The position numbers were made by a program, and so were the translations under genes. From a virus, in IMG/VR virus record IMGVR_UViG_3300010375_000001, positions 10,022 to 74,021 of that record: DNA of 64,000 nt; one strand, given 5' to 3'. Positions 1-10,739 of this stretch are shown here, piece after piece. How positions within the stretch are numbered: position 1 is the first letter of the stretch; every line of letters begins with the position of its first letter. The notes under the pieces were generated by a model. That model did no database searches. It was not told where the DNA came from and saw nothing but the letters and a program-made list of their open reading frames with translations.

Positions 1-1832
1 GGGCTAGGGATGCAGAGGAAGCGATACAGCTGGGCTTCTATGAGAACAACGAGAAGGAGTTCGATAAGAAAATGGTGGAGGACCTGTTCGATTGCGGAAT
101 AGCGGGCTACCGGGAATGGCTCGGCGATGATAACAAGCCGAAGTTTCGAAACATCAATCCCGAAGCGGTCATTACCAATTACTGCCGCTACGCCGACTTC
201 CGGGACCTGAAGCACGCCGGCGAAATCATCGACGTGCTGCTTGTCGATCTGGCCACCTTAACCGATAAAGAGGGCAACATGGTCTTTAACGATGATCAGA
301 TTAAGGATATGGCCAACAACGTCGCTGGCAAATGGAGCAACCCGGCGATGGTCGGACGGAGTACGAACTACTTCAAGGGATATGATAAGTTCAAGGTCAA
401 GGTCCTGGATATTGAATTCTTTTCTTACAATGAACTGAATTTCGAGAGTAATATCAACCGGAGGGGCAATATCATTTTTTCCAATGCTCCCTGGGATAAG
501 GAAAACAATGTTAAGAACAAGTATATCCGCAAGAAGATCAAGGTCGTCTACTGTTGCAAGTGGATTATCGGCACCGATTACGCCTACGATTTCCATCTCA
601 AGGAAGATATGAAAAGAGCCGTAGAACCGAAGAAGAAAGCCGATACCAGCTTGAGCTTCCGGTTCTATGCCCTCAACTTCTACGAAATGCGGGCTACAGG
701 CATGATGGAGCGCTTGATGCCATTGGTGGATGATTACCAGCTGACCATTTACCACATCCAGAACTTCAAGAACCGGATGATCCCCAACGGCTGGTGGATC
801 GACCTGGATGCGCTGGAGAATGTGGCACTCAACAAGGGGGGCGAGAACATGAAGCCGATGGACCTGCTCGATATGTTCATGACTACGGGCGTCCTGGTGG
901 GGCGCTCCCAAGGAGTCATGGGGGATAACGTCAACTACAAGCCCATCATTCCGATCCAAAATACGCTCGCTACGGAATTGCAGGCGCTGTATAATGATCT
1001 GCAAATGACGATCAACCAGATACAGGCGATGATCGGCCTCAATGATATTACGGATGCCAGCACGCCCAGTCCCAAGCTGTTGAATGGCGTGGCGACGATG
1101 ATGGACCAGGGCACCAATAACTCGCTTTATCCGCTGATGCAGGCCAAGAAGATGCTCAAAGAGAAGCTGGCCAACGATGTGCTCATCCGGATGCAACAGG
1201 GCTTAAGGAAAGGGGGTGTAGCGGGATATGCCCCGGCGTTGAACACCAATACGCTTAAGTTTATCGAGGTCAGTAACGTGCTCTGTCTAAGGGACTATGG
1301 GATTATACTGGAAGAGAAGCCCACCGACGAACAGAAGCAGTTCCTGTATCAGCAGCTGCAATTTGATATTCAAAACGGCTTTCTCGATACCTCCGATGCC
1401 TTCTATATTATGGATACCTATAATATTAAGCAGGCGCAGATGATCCTGTCGTATCGAGCGAAACGCAACAAGCAGCAGATGGAGCAGGCTAAGCAAGCCG
1501 CTGCGGCTCAAACGATCCAGGGACAGCAACAAACGGCGCAGCTCTCGGCCCAGATGGCGCAACAACTGGAGCAACTCAAGCATCAAAACAAGATGGAGGA
1601 GATCGCCTTGCAAGGGCAGTTTACGCTGCAAGATACCCGTCTTAAGATGGGGCTACAGTTGCAGGGGCAAGAGCAGTCCAATCAAGTCGCGATGGCCGGG
1701 CATTTGATTGCCGCACAGACGAAGGAAAATATGCAGAAGCGAGAGAAGGGCATGCCGGAGGAACAGATCCAGCAGGGGGGCGAAAGCGGACCGGGCATGG
1801 AGCAAAACATACCCGAGGAGGCCATGAGCTAA
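1..1832 (+). CDS. Portal protein (5' partial), crAss-like
   Basis: Frame is open from base 3. Large protein with Q-rich coiled-coil C-terminus, directly upstream of scaffold-like and capsid genes. Family assignment by recall and synteny. Confidence 0.8.
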   Translation, partial: ARDAEEAIQLGFYENNEKEFDKKMVEDLFDCGIAGYREWLGDDNKPKFRNINPEAVITNYCRYADFRDLKHAGEIIDVLLVDLATLTDKEGNMVFNDDQIKDMANNVAGKWSNPAMVGRSTNYFKGYDKFKVKVLDIEFFSYNELNFESNINRRGNIIFSNAPWDKENNVKNKYIRKKIKVVYCCKWIIGTDYAYDFHLKEDMKRAVEPKKKADTSLSFRFYALNFYEMRATGMMERLMPLVDDYQLTIYHIQNFKNRMIPNGWWIDLDALENVALNKGGENMKPMDLLDMFMTTGVLVGRSQGVMGDNVNYKPIIPIQNTLATELQALYNDLQMTINQIQAMIGLNDITDASTPSPKLLNGVATMMDQGTNNSLYPLMQAKKMLKEKLANDVLIRMQQGLRKGGVAGYAPALNTNTLKFIEVSNVLCLRDYGIILEEKPTDEQKQFLYQQLQFDIQNGFLDTSDAFYIMDTYNIKQAQMILSYRAKRNKQQMEQAKQAAAAQTIQGQQQTAQLSAQMAQQLEQLKHQNKMEEIALQGQFTLQDTRLKMGLQLQGQEQSNQVAMAGHLIAAQTKENMQKREKGMPEEQIQQGGESGPGMEQNIPEEAMS

Positions 1833-1889
1833 AACATCGCACGATCTGCTTTTTTTTATAATGGGTCTGTATACTCCTGTCTAATTTCG
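1831..1889 (+). promoter_or_regulatory. Putative late promoter (upstream motif + -7-like TAATTTCG)
   Basis: AAAACATCGCACGATCTGCTTTTTTT matches 55967-55992 at 24/26; TAATTTC lies 51 bp after the motif start in both copies. Confidence 0.6.
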
Positions 1890-1917
1890 GGGACCTACAG
1901 CAGGAAAATAACCAATC

Positions 1918-3066
1918 ATGAGTTTTGAGGTTAGAAAGTTTTATGCGGATGAAGCTTCCGCTTACCCCTCTATTTCGTCTGAAGTGCTAGCCGCTATGGC
2001 CACCCAGGGCGTAAAGACGGACGCCGACAGTACCACTGCGGTCCCCGATATCATACTAGCCGAGCCGGTCAAGGCAGAACCGGCAGCGGAGGCGGCCAAG
2101 CCGGCCGCAGAAGCCAAGCCCACCGAGGCGCCTGCTGTAGCAGAACCGGCAGCACCCGCTGCGGTTCCAGCGGTTCCCACACCGTCCGTCACCGAGGCGC
2201 CCGCCGAGATAGGGATAGACTGGAGGGAACAGATTAAGAAAGTTGACGCATCAGATATATTAAAGGAGTTGGGCTATGACGATAAAATGGTCGGCTTCTT
2301 TAACAAATGGCGAACCGATGGAAACATCAGCGAGTATCTAAAGGCCGTCACGGCTGATTTTGATAAGATGACACCGGAACAATTGATGAGATATCAGTTG
2401 GAACAAAGTTATCCAGAATTCAGTCCGGCGGATATAGAAGAACTCTATCAGGCCAAGGTCATCGATGCCTATAAGTTGGACCCTAACACATTTTCTGAGA
2501 TAGAAGTACGTAGGGGCAATCTTATGCTGAAGGCCGACGCCAAAGCGGTTCGGGAAGCGCTTCAAAAGCAGCAGCAGGAATATGTTCTTTCTGCCAAGCC
2601 TCCGGCTCCTGCGGTCGATCATTCGGCACAAGAGGCAGAGGCAAACCGAGAGAAATTGCGTGCTCAATATAGCGGTTACCTCACCGGTAACCAGGCGACA
2701 AAAGATCTCTTAACCAATCGGCGGTTAGTGATGGGAGACGGCGAGGCTGCGTTTAACTACGAAATAGGCGATCCCCAACGACTGCTGACCATCCTGCAAG
2801 AACCGCAGGAATATGCCCGCCACGTCTTTAATGAGGATGGAAGTCCGATCGTTGATAAGCAGCTCTTCATTGCCGCTGCCGCTCTCGATCATGTAGGACT
2901 GGCCAATAAACTGATTAAATATGGGCGAGATCTGGGGGCAAAGGCCCTGGTCGATCAAATTGAGAATGCAAAAAAACCGGCAGGAGAAATCAGCAAGGGC
3001 GATACGATGCCCGCTAGTCCTGCGGAGGCGATGGCCCGCTTCGGCGTGATTACTTCCAACTCTTGA
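1918..3066 (+). CDS. Capsid scaffolding/assembly protein
   Basis: Acidic, A/P/E-rich low-complexity N-terminus; lies between portal and capsid. Confidence 0.6.
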   Translation: MSFEVRKFYADEASAYPSISSEVLAAMATQGVKTDADSTTAVPDIILAEPVKAEPAAEAAKPAAEAKPTEAPAVAEPAAPAAVPAVPTPSVTEAPAEIGIDWREQIKKVDASDILKELGYDDKMVGFFNKWRTDGNISEYLKAVTADFDKMTPEQLMRYQLEQSYPEFSPADIEELYQAKVIDAYKLDPNTFSEIEVRRGNLMLKADAKAVREALQKQQQEYVLSAKPPAPAVDHSAQEAEANREKLRAQYSGYLTGNQATKDLLTNRRLVMGDGEAAFNYEIGDPQRLLTILQEPQEYARHVFNEDGSPIVDKQLFIAAAALDHVGLANKLIKYGRDLGAKALVDQIENAKKPAGEISKGDTMPASPAEAMARFGVITSNS

Positions 3067-3112
3067 TAGCGTCAGCTGCTACTTTATTTTTTCAATTTCA
3101 ACTCTTCCCATC

Positions 3113-4462
3113 ATGGCAGCAGGTCAACAGGGAACGATGAACAAAGCGTTTGTGAGCGCCATCTCGTTCCTGGATCAACGCGATATCAACCCGAATTTAC
3201 TCGATCAGTCTCGCGATGCGGAATTTACCGACATCATGAAGCTCGTCAATCGGTACAAAGAAGCAAAGGTCCCCATCTACAATTATTTTGTCAACAACGA
3301 CGTGTTCGCGGATAGCACCATCGCATCGGTTTCCAGCGGCTACGGAACAGCTATTATGACGGTCGTGCTTACCTCGGCCACTTCCGGTTATGCCCGTCTC
3401 AACGATCTGGCGCGTAGCTCCAACACCAATATGATTGGGCAGCAAGCTCTCGTTACGCTGGTCACCAGCGTATCTGGAGTAGATACCGTGAAGTTGCAAT
3501 CCGTCAACAATCAGCCGCTCTATGCAGTGGCGGGGGATATCCTCTCCTGGTCGTCCAACGCCTTCGGTGAAAATTCCGTGGCGCCGCCTAACCGGAAATA
3601 CGGCGTTACCCGGTACATCAACCAGGTGCAGGTTTTCCGCGAAGTCGATGAGATCACCGATATCCAGAAGGTATCCAAGATCGAAGTCTCCATCCAGGGC
3701 CAGCCGTATTACACGCCCCTCAACCACATCTACAAGCTCAAATCGCTGAATGGGTTTATTTCCGCCCAGATGATTGCCGGCGTGCAGTCCAGCACGCTCT
3801 TCGCCGATTCGAGCCCCTATCTGGCCGATGCGAACGGCAACCCAATCCAGACGACCATGGGGATGGATCAGTACATTACCACGTATGGTGCCACCAATCA
3901 GGTGGCAACCTTGGGAACGGTTGGGTTTTCCGATGTCAATACGATGATCGACACCTTCCTGGCCAACAAGGCGCCTCGGGATCAGATGGGCTTCTGCGGT
4001 AGCCGCGCGAAACGCCCGTTCGATGTTTGGTTGAAGAACCTCGGCTCTTCTGGCGTCACCTCCGTCCGCCTGATCATCGACGGGAAGGAAGTGAACATGG
4101 AAGTCGATAAGTTCAGCTACGGCAATTTCGAGTGGGAGTTCATCTACCTACCCATCTTTGACCACCCGCAGCTCTTCGGTCCGACGATCACCCCGGATAT
4201 CAACGGGTCGATCTATTGGATTCCGAAAGACAAGATCCAGGTCGAAGGTGGCGGGATGGAGCCGCGCATTCAGATTCGTTATCTGCCCAAAGCCATGGCC
4301 GGTGGTAACTCGATGTCAAACGGGATCATCACCGAGTGGCACACAGGTGCCCTTGCTCCGATCCCGACGAACAGCCAGATGGTCTGGCATACGGACTGGT
4401 ATACGGTACAGGGCTTAGAGATGCTCGGTGTGAAACACATGATGAAGTTCCGGGTTCAGTAA
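3113..4462 (+). CDS. Major capsid protein
   Basis: 449 aa, strongly biased codon usage, followed by a hairpin, canonical position after portal and scaffold. Confidence 0.8.
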   Translation: MAAGQQGTMNKAFVSAISFLDQRDINPNLLDQSRDAEFTDIMKLVNRYKEAKVPIYNYFVNNDVFADSTIASVSSGYGTAIMTVVLTSATSGYARLNDLARSSNTNMIGQQALVTLVTSVSGVDTVKLQSVNNQPLYAVAGDILSWSSNAFGENSVAPPNRKYGVTRYINQVQVFREVDEITDIQKVSKIEVSIQGQPYYTPLNHIYKLKSLNGFISAQMIAGVQSSTLFADSSPYLADANGNPIQTTMGMDQYITTYGATNQVATLGTVGFSDVNTMIDTFLANKAPRDQMGFCGSRAKRPFDVWLKNLGSSGVTSVRLIIDGKEVNMEVDKFSYGNFEWEFIYLPIFDHPQLFGPTITPDINGSIYWIPKDKIQVEGGGMEPRIQIRYLPKAMAGGNSMSNGIITEWHTGALAPIPTNSQMVWHTDWYTVQGLEMLGVKHMMKFRVQ

Positions 4463-4469
4463 ACATAGA

Positions 4470-4492
4470 GGGGAGCCCTCCGGGGCTCCCTT
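4470..4492 (+). terminator. Hairpin after capsid gene (terminator or stabiliser)
   Basis: GGGAGCCC-TCCG-GGGCTCCC with a short T tail. Confidence 0.55.
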
Positions 4493-4518
4493 CACTATAG
4501 CCAATAAATATAACCAAT

Positions 4519-5397
4519 ATGTTACAAGCAATTGATCGCTTCAACCAGCTCTCCACAATGATGCGGGAAAGGCTGAACGAGTCCAGAAAAAACGCTGGGC
4601 AGTTTGTCAAATACAAATTCTACATCGGAAACAGAAACCCTGATGGCGAAAAGCGTGCGGCTGGAGAGTTGATTTATCCCATGACCTATACTGTGTCGCC
4701 GGTCACCTATCAGATCATTGATCCTGGCGATAACAAACTCAAGATGATCGGCATGACCGATGGGAAACAGCAGTACGATGGGGAAAAAGAAGGGTGGCAT
4801 TTTCGGCGCGTGCAGGTAATCGAACGGGAGCGCGGTATTAAAACGCTTGATCTGACTATCCCTGAACACATAGAGCAATTTGAATACCTGGAGCTGCACC
4901 CCAAGCTGGAGGGCGGTGTCTTTCGGGATAAGCATACGCCAGCGATGTTCGCACGCGTCGATGAACTCAAGGAAGCCAAAACAAAGTTGAAGACCAGGGA
5001 GCTTCGAAGCACAGCGCTGATGGTATCCACCAAGATGAATGAAGAGGAGGTCCGGGCATTCGCCGCCGCCATGAACTGGAATGAGATGGATGACTTGGAT
5101 ATCCTCCGTGATAAGATGACCCATATCGCCGATACCGATCCGGAATTCTTCCGCAAGTTCGTTGAAGATCCGAAGCAGGAGTATAAGGCCACCACGAAGA
5201 GAGCCATAGATGCCAATATCATCAGCTACGTGCCTACAGAGAACAAATTTATCTGGGCTTCCAACGGCAGCACCATCGCGATGATGGAGCGGGCCGATGG
5301 AGTCAGTTACTTGGAGCAAATGGCAGACTGGTTTATGGCTCACAAAAACGGTCAGGATACCTATAAGAAAATTAAAAGTTTAATCACGGGTAAGTAA
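4519..5397 (+). CDS. Conserved protein downstream of capsid gene (crAss-like head module)
   Basis: 292 aa ORF with A-rich leader; position typical of crAss-like phages. Confidence 0.55.
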   Translation: MLQAIDRFNQLSTMMRERLNESRKNAGQFVKYKFYIGNRNPDGEKRAAGELIYPMTYTVSPVTYQIIDPGDNKLKMIGMTDGKQQYDGEKEGWHFRRVQVIERERGIKTLDLTIPEHIEQFEYLELHPKLEGGVFRDKHTPAMFARVDELKEAKTKLKTRELRSTALMVSTKMNEEEVRAFAAAMNWNEMDDLDILRDKMTHIADTDPEFFRKFVEDPKQEYKATTKRAIDANIISYVPTENKFIWASNGSTIAMMERADGVSYLEQMADWFMAHKNGQDTYKKIKSLITGK

Positions 5398-5454
5398 AGC
5401 AATTGGTTATAGTCCTCCTGGATGTCTTCACGCTGGGAGATCTTATTTCAATAT

Positions 5455-6696
5455 ATGCCGGACCTCAGTCAATACATATCGATCGCTGTAGTGCTGGACA
5501 AGAGTCAGCCAAGCCCCATCCTGAAAGTGGTCGATAACTCGAATTATCCAACCGGCGTTGCGCAAACCATCGCTGGTATCTTATCGGTGACACAGCCGGA
5601 TAACATCACCGTTGCTAATTCCAATTTTTCGGCGCCCGATATCTTTTGGAGTAGCGGAGCACTTGTGCCGGCTATCTTGGAATTGCGTTTGGATACCAGC
5701 CAGACCTTTCAGCGTAGCGGACCAGGGTACACCGTCATCTATACAGTTAGAGCGCCAGGATATAGCGATACGGTGCTGACGAAGACGTTTACTCTTCAGT
5801 ACACGCCATCGACGTTAATCATTACAAACAACTTCGACATCTTCACCCCGCAACTGAGCGTGCAAGATAGCACGACATATACTCAAACCGGCGTGACGTT
5901 CGACTCCGTAACCGATAGCTGGGGAGCGCAGATCATAACGGTAAACGGAACAACGCAAACCATTACCGGCAGTGGTCAGACGTTTGATCTGGCATACCTA
6001 GGCCAATATTACGATGCGCAGTACGATGTAGGGTTGACCGTAACGCCAATCTATACCATTACAGCCAGCTCGTTTGTCACGGTAATCGATCAATTACAAA
6101 CCTCAACGACTTTATATGCCAGGGTGGCACCGACGTTATCCGCATTACAAACGGATTTGGCTAACCTTAAAAGCCAGCTGGACGCGGCAGTCTGCGACTG
6201 CAACTTGTATCAAATATTGTTTGATCGTTATAATCTTGCTTCTGCTATTTATAGTCAGTTGGTGGCTCGCGGACAAAGCGGGTCATTGGCCGGGCTAAAC
6301 CAGTATATTAACCAACTGCTGAAGATCTTCAACAACAATGTAACTCCGACTTATGTCAACACGAATCAGGTTATACCTCCGTATGACTGGGGAACCGGCT
6401 CAGGAACGGTTAACTGGACGGATATTCTTGGCAGACCAAATACCGTTACGGTCGAATGGCTAGTCGCTCCTGCCAATGGTTTTCCTGGACCTGGCGCGAC
6501 CATCTATACAGATAACCGTATGACCGATGTTGCGGCGAGTCGCATTTACGTTTTTCGAAATGGCTTTCCGCAGTTCAACGCCAATCCAACGGATGGGGAT
6601 ACGTACTACACGAAGAATACCGCAGACAACTTCTTAACTTTTTCATCTCCCCTAGGCGCCGGCGAAAAAATCATTGTGCTCATCTTACCGTTATGA
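5455..6696 (+). CDS. Virion structural protein (beta-rich)
   Basis: T/S/V-rich composition; ATG at 5455 preferred over 5422. Confidence 0.55.
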   Translation: MPDLSQYISIAVVLDKSQPSPILKVVDNSNYPTGVAQTIAGILSVTQPDNITVANSNFSAPDIFWSSGALVPAILELRLDTSQTFQRSGPGYTVIYTVRAPGYSDTVLTKTFTLQYTPSTLIITNNFDIFTPQLSVQDSTTYTQTGVTFDSVTDSWGAQIITVNGTTQTITGSGQTFDLAYLGQYYDAQYDVGLTVTPIYTITASSFVTVIDQLQTSTTLYARVAPTLSALQTDLANLKSQLDAAVCDCNLYQILFDRYNLASAIYSQLVARGQSGSLAGLNQYINQLLKIFNNNVTPTYVNTNQVIPPYDWGTGSGTVNWTDILGRPNTVTVEWLVAPANGFPGPGATIYTDNRMTDVAASRIYVFRNGFPQFNANPTDGDTYYTKNTADNFLTFSSPLGAGEKIIVLILPL

Positions 6697-8894
6697 GAAA
6701 GATACTGATATTAATATTGGTTTTGATTGCGGCTTGTGCAAAATCCCAGACCATTCAATATTTGGGTGGGCCGACGACCCAAATCTATGTCCGGGGACAG
6801 TTGCGAGTCGATACGGTGGTCTATCTTCCCCTGAATGATACGACCTTTACTCCATCCCAGCGCGGCGCTGTTGTTTATAAAACCAGTAACAATCAATTGT
6901 ACCTATGGACCGGGTCCAGCTGGTCGCGTATTCTCATCGGGTCAATCGCGTGGGGGGAAATTATCGGCACCCTGTCGAATCAGACAGACCTGATCAGCTT
7001 TCTTTCTGCGACCTATCAACCTAAGACCACTTTCGGATATGGCCTTCATCAGGCGGGCAGCACCGTCACCTATGATTCTGCCCTTATCCGCAAGGTAGAT
7101 ACTCTATATCGACTGAACGACTCCACCATCCAATACGTGCTGAATGGCAACTCTCATACGGTACTGTTACGAGGCACGGCGGCAGGCGGCATCTCCTCAC
7201 TTGTCTTTACCATTCCGACGACACTTTTCAATTCGCCGGTGACGTTCTCCAACTCTGGCGGAGCCTGGACTGGCACGGCTACCCTAGCCAATCAAAACGC
7301 AAACGTTATTCTCGCCGGCCCGTCGGTAGGTTCTCCATCGGCGCCGACCTTCCGATCGTTAACAACGGGAGACCTGCCTATCAATATCCCCAACGGAAAC
7401 TTGCAAAATTCTTCCATTAATGTAGGCTTGAACACGACGGGACTGACGCCTGCTTGGGATGTTTCGAGTGTTGCATTAGGAGGATCGATAAACCTGCAAG
7501 TCCCCTATGCAGACCCTACCCACACGGGATTTCTACAGGCCACCGACTGGGTAAGCTTTCAAAGTCGAATGGTTAATTTCGGTAATGCGCCGGGTTGGCA
7601 AACGGGAACACTGGCCGCTATTCCGGCTGCAACTACATTATTGCCGGGTACTCATTACACGGCTGTAGATAGCGGCACCGTCTATGTAGATACCGGCAGC
7701 GGAGGCACAAGGGGCTGGAAACAAATTTCAGGCGGCAGCGCCGCCATCACTACGGCCAATTCAATTGTCGGGACGGGCAGCTCCGGCAATCCTATTCAAT
7801 TGTCCGGAGATGCCAGTTCGCCCGGAAACAGCAAGTACTACGGAACAAACAGCGGAGGCACAAGGGGATTTTTTTCTTTGCCTTCCAGCGCGTCCGGAGC
7901 CAATCCTACGGGAGTTGTTGGATTGACGGCAGTAAACGGAAGTGCTCCCACCTTTCTTAGATCTGATGGGGCACCGGCCCTGGATGTAGGTATTTCGCCG
8001 ACCTGGACGGGCAGCCACCAGTTTAATCAGCCGATTACTGTCTCCAATAGCGGAACCATGATTATCTCTGGTTCATTTTTTGGAACTAGTAGTGCGGATG
8101 ATATCAGCGTTTATGCAGGTGGTACGGCACGTTGGGCATTTGTGCGGCCTACCGTGGCCCACAACGCAGGATTCACTGTTGCAGGCTCTTCTATAGGTCC
8201 TGGAGATTCAAGCGGATACTTGATTACAACAAGGCAGGTAGCTACCAATTTTCCGGTGGCTATGCTAATTCCAACTACCGCACATAAACGAATGTTCCTT
8301 GACATCGTTCCCTCAGATACTCTTGATTATTTAGGAAACGGGATAGCGACAATCGATATCTGCAATCAGCCGCTCGATAGCAGCAAAAATACTACTGGCG
8401 CCTTGCGACTTGCGGCCCACGCTAACAGTGTTGATGTGGGGTCGTTTGTTGTTGGCATCGCGCCTCTCCCTGATGTACATATCATTTATGGTGTCGGCAA
8501 TACCGTAATTGGCATTGGAAGCGGCGGAACGACCATAGCGGGAAATACTTATATGGCTAGAAGCCTCGGAAGCGGTAGCGCTCCGACGACTACAAGTCTG
8601 GGAACCAATGTAGTTTCCGCCACAGTTACGGGGACAGACCGATTTATGCAGATTGTTATTGTTACCTCCGGCGCAGTCAATGGAGCCCTCTGCACCATTA
8701 CCCTATCTACCACATGGCCCAATACGCCGATACCCGTAATGGTTCCCGCAGATGCAACAACAGGAACCAACGTCGCAGGCACAACAGGTGGCTATTTTGC
8801 CATTGGAGGCGCTTCGACTACGACGTTAACCGTCAATGGAAAGTTCACTAGCGCCGGGACCTACACTTTTAATATTATGATAGGGGGCAATTAA
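6693..8894 (+). CDS. Fibre-like protein with N-terminal signal peptide
   Basis: G/S/T-rich fibre-like segments, internal repeat (SGGTRG twice), N-terminus MRKILILILVLIAACAKSQ. Confidence 0.55.
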   Translation: MRKILILILVLIAACAKSQTIQYLGGPTTQIYVRGQLRVDTVVYLPLNDTTFTPSQRGAVVYKTSNNQLYLWTGSSWSRILIGSIAWGEIIGTLSNQTDLISFLSATYQPKTTFGYGLHQAGSTVTYDSALIRKVDTLYRLNDSTIQYVLNGNSHTVLLRGTAAGGISSLVFTIPTTLFNSPVTFSNSGGAWTGTATLANQNANVILAGPSVGSPSAPTFRSLTTGDLPINIPNGNLQNSSINVGLNTTGLTPAWDVSSVALGGSINLQVPYADPTHTGFLQATDWVSFQSRMVNFGNAPGWQTGTLAAIPAATTLLPGTHYTAVDSGTVYVDTGSGGTRGWKQISGGSAAITTANSIVGTGSSGNPIQLSGDASSPGNSKYYGTNSGGTRGFFSLPSSASGANPTGVVGLTAVNGSAPTFLRSDGAPALDVGISPTWTGSHQFNQPITVSNSGTMIISGSFFGTSSADDISVYAGGTARWAFVRPTVAHNAGFTVAGSSIGPGDSSGYLITTRQVATNFPVAMLIPTTAHKRMFLDIVPSDTLDYLGNGIATIDICNQPLDSSKNTTGALRLAAHANSVDVGSFVVGIAPLPDVHIIYGVGNTVIGIGSGGTTIAGNTYMARSLGSGSAPTTTSLGTNVVSATVTGTDRFMQIVIVTSGAVNGALCTITLSTTWPNTPIPVMVPADATTGTNVAGTTGGYFAIGGASTTTLTVNGKFTSAGTYTFNIMIGGN

Positions 8895-8905
8895 ACTTTT
8901 TCTAT

Positions 8906-10204
8906 ATGGCACTCAAAAAAGTTGGCTTAGGAGAATATAACGCTTTTGTTATCGGGATCGATAACCAGGTGTACGATGGAACTACCGGCACGCCGACAAA
9001 AGTGCCGGGGCAACCAGCAAAGGCGGTCGATGTACAAGGCGGCCTTCATACCCACGGCTTAATCGATGATGCGGGCAATGCCTGGGGTTGGGGCGACAAT
9101 GCAAGCCAGTGGGCCGGACCCGGAACTACGACTCCCATAACCGCTGCCACAAAGTTTGCCAGTGGGGTTAAGCAGATCGTCCCCTATTTCACAGCCGGCG
9201 AAGGCTTTGCCGTCATTAAAGCAGACGGCTCCCTGTGGATGTATGGAAACACGACGCAAGGACTTAGCGGAGATGGTACAGGCGGTTCGGCAACTACCTC
9301 CGTTCCTGTGCGCGTTAAGTTTCCGGCGGGAACGGTCATTATAGATGTATGGATTAACGGATGTGCTTTCGCTTTGGATAGCGTCGGAAACGTCTATAGC
9401 TGGGGGTTTGCCGGAGGTCAAAACGCCGCTGCCGTGCTGGCTCAGGGGACTAACAGCCCCGTATCGAACGTGCCCACTAAAGTGCCTTTGCCTGGGCCGG
9501 CAGTCGCGATCTGCGGCCACCAATGGGCAGTTCATTTCCTTCTGGCCAATGGGCAGCTATACGCCTGCGGGTCCGATTCCCGCTACTACGGTTATGTCCT
9601 TTTCCAATTGCCTGCGCTTCCGAATGCCCCGATCCGGGTCGATACGCTCTATAAATTCCCCGCTGCGATATTGCAAATAAGCGCCAACTACATGACCACC
9701 TACGCCATCCTGGTGGATGGCTCCCTATGGGCATGGGGGGAAAACACTTCGGGAACCGTAGGCAACGGGCAGGAAACGAACATGCTGGCGACCAATCCCC
9801 AGTATTCGGCGCCGTGGTTTAATTCTCCGCAATGGAACTTGCCCACCAATCAAGGGGGTGCCTTATTCCAACAACTGCCTGTTCAAGTAAGTAAAGGGAT
9901 CAAGTTCGTCCATTTGAAACGCGGGACTTGTTATGTGATGTACATGTGGGCTGAAGATGCGAGTGGACAGCTTTATTCGGTAGGCCGCAACAAAAGCTAC
10001 GTATGTTGGAATGGGAAAGGCGGTTCCTCTACGCTGCAAGCCACTCAGCCCAATCTGTGGGATGTGCTGACGTTTACGCCCATCATAAATTATTCATCCG
10101 TTTTTGGAAATGTTCCCGTGCCTACCCCGCCTACACCATGTCCGAGCATATTGAAAGTGATGACTATTGTGACGTGGTCCGATGGACATGTAAGCACTTA
10201 CTAA
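8906..10204 (+). CDS. RCC1-like repeat beta-propeller protein (possible receptor-binding)
   Basis: Repeated DGxLWxWGxN / GxVYSWG motifs. Confidence 0.75.
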   Translation: MALKKVGLGEYNAFVIGIDNQVYDGTTGTPTKVPGQPAKAVDVQGGLHTHGLIDDAGNAWGWGDNASQWAGPGTTTPITAATKFASGVKQIVPYFTAGEGFAVIKADGSLWMYGNTTQGLSGDGTGGSATTSVPVRVKFPAGTVIIDVWINGCAFALDSVGNVYSWGFAGGQNAAAVLAQGTNSPVSNVPTKVPLPGPAVAICGHQWAVHFLLANGQLYACGSDSRYYGYVLFQLPALPNAPIRVDTLYKFPAAILQISANYMTTYAILVDGSLWAWGENTSGTVGNGQETNMLATNPQYSAPWFNSPQWNLPTNQGGALFQQLPVQVSKGIKFVHLKRGTCYVMYMWAEDASGQLYSVGRNKSYVCWNGKGGSSTLQATQPNLWDVLTFTPIINYSSVFGNVPVPTPPTPCPSILKVMTIVTWSDGHVSTY

Positions 10205-10205
10205 A

Positions 10206-10445
10206 ATGGAAAAAGAATGGCTCCAGTACGGGGTACTTGGATTGGTTGTCATAGGCATGGCTTATTATATTCTATATATCGAGCGAGAGCGCTCCAAGGA
10301 GCGAAAGGAATGGCGGGATGTACTCGAAAAGCAGCAGGAGCGTGTGAACGATATTGCGGACGAGAACAATAAGATAATCCGGGAGCACACCAATATTTTG
10401 ATTGGATTAAAAACTCTTCTTGAAAACCGTAGATATGAGCGCTAA
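10206..10445 (+). CDS. Holin-like protein (1 TM + coiled coil)
   Basis: N-terminal TM, charged coiled coil, within lysis cluster. Confidence 0.55.
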   Translation: MEKEWLQYGVLGLVVIGMAYYILYIERERSKERKEWRDVLEKQQERVNDIADENNKIIREHTNILIGLKTLLENRRYER

Positions 10446-10728
10446 TCTATTTGTGTCTGAACTCCTTCTGGTCATGATCGCATCAATGGGATTCATCGTC
10501 TTCTGGCAACTTTATCGATCCAAGGACGGAATGCTCAGGAAAATCATGATGTTCTACTTTCTGACGGAAGTCTTTATGTTTTCCACCTTCGCGATTTACT
10601 GGTGGATGAAGAGTAGGAAGATGATACAGTTTTCAATTGTTTATCTACTGCCCATTTGGTTACTGCCCAAGGTGATTATAAAAATTTTGTTTCTGGACTG
10701 GTTACGTCGAAATCGATCTAATGATTAA
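10435..10728 (+). CDS. Small 3-TM membrane protein (lysis cluster)
   Basis: Three hydrophobic segments. Confidence 0.5.
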   Translation: MSANLFVSELLLVMIASMGFIVFWQLYRSKDGMLRKIMMFYFLTEVFMFSTFAIYWWMKSRKMIQFSIVYLLPIWLLPKVIIKILFLDWLRRNRSND

Positions 10729-10739
10729 AAAGTAATGCT

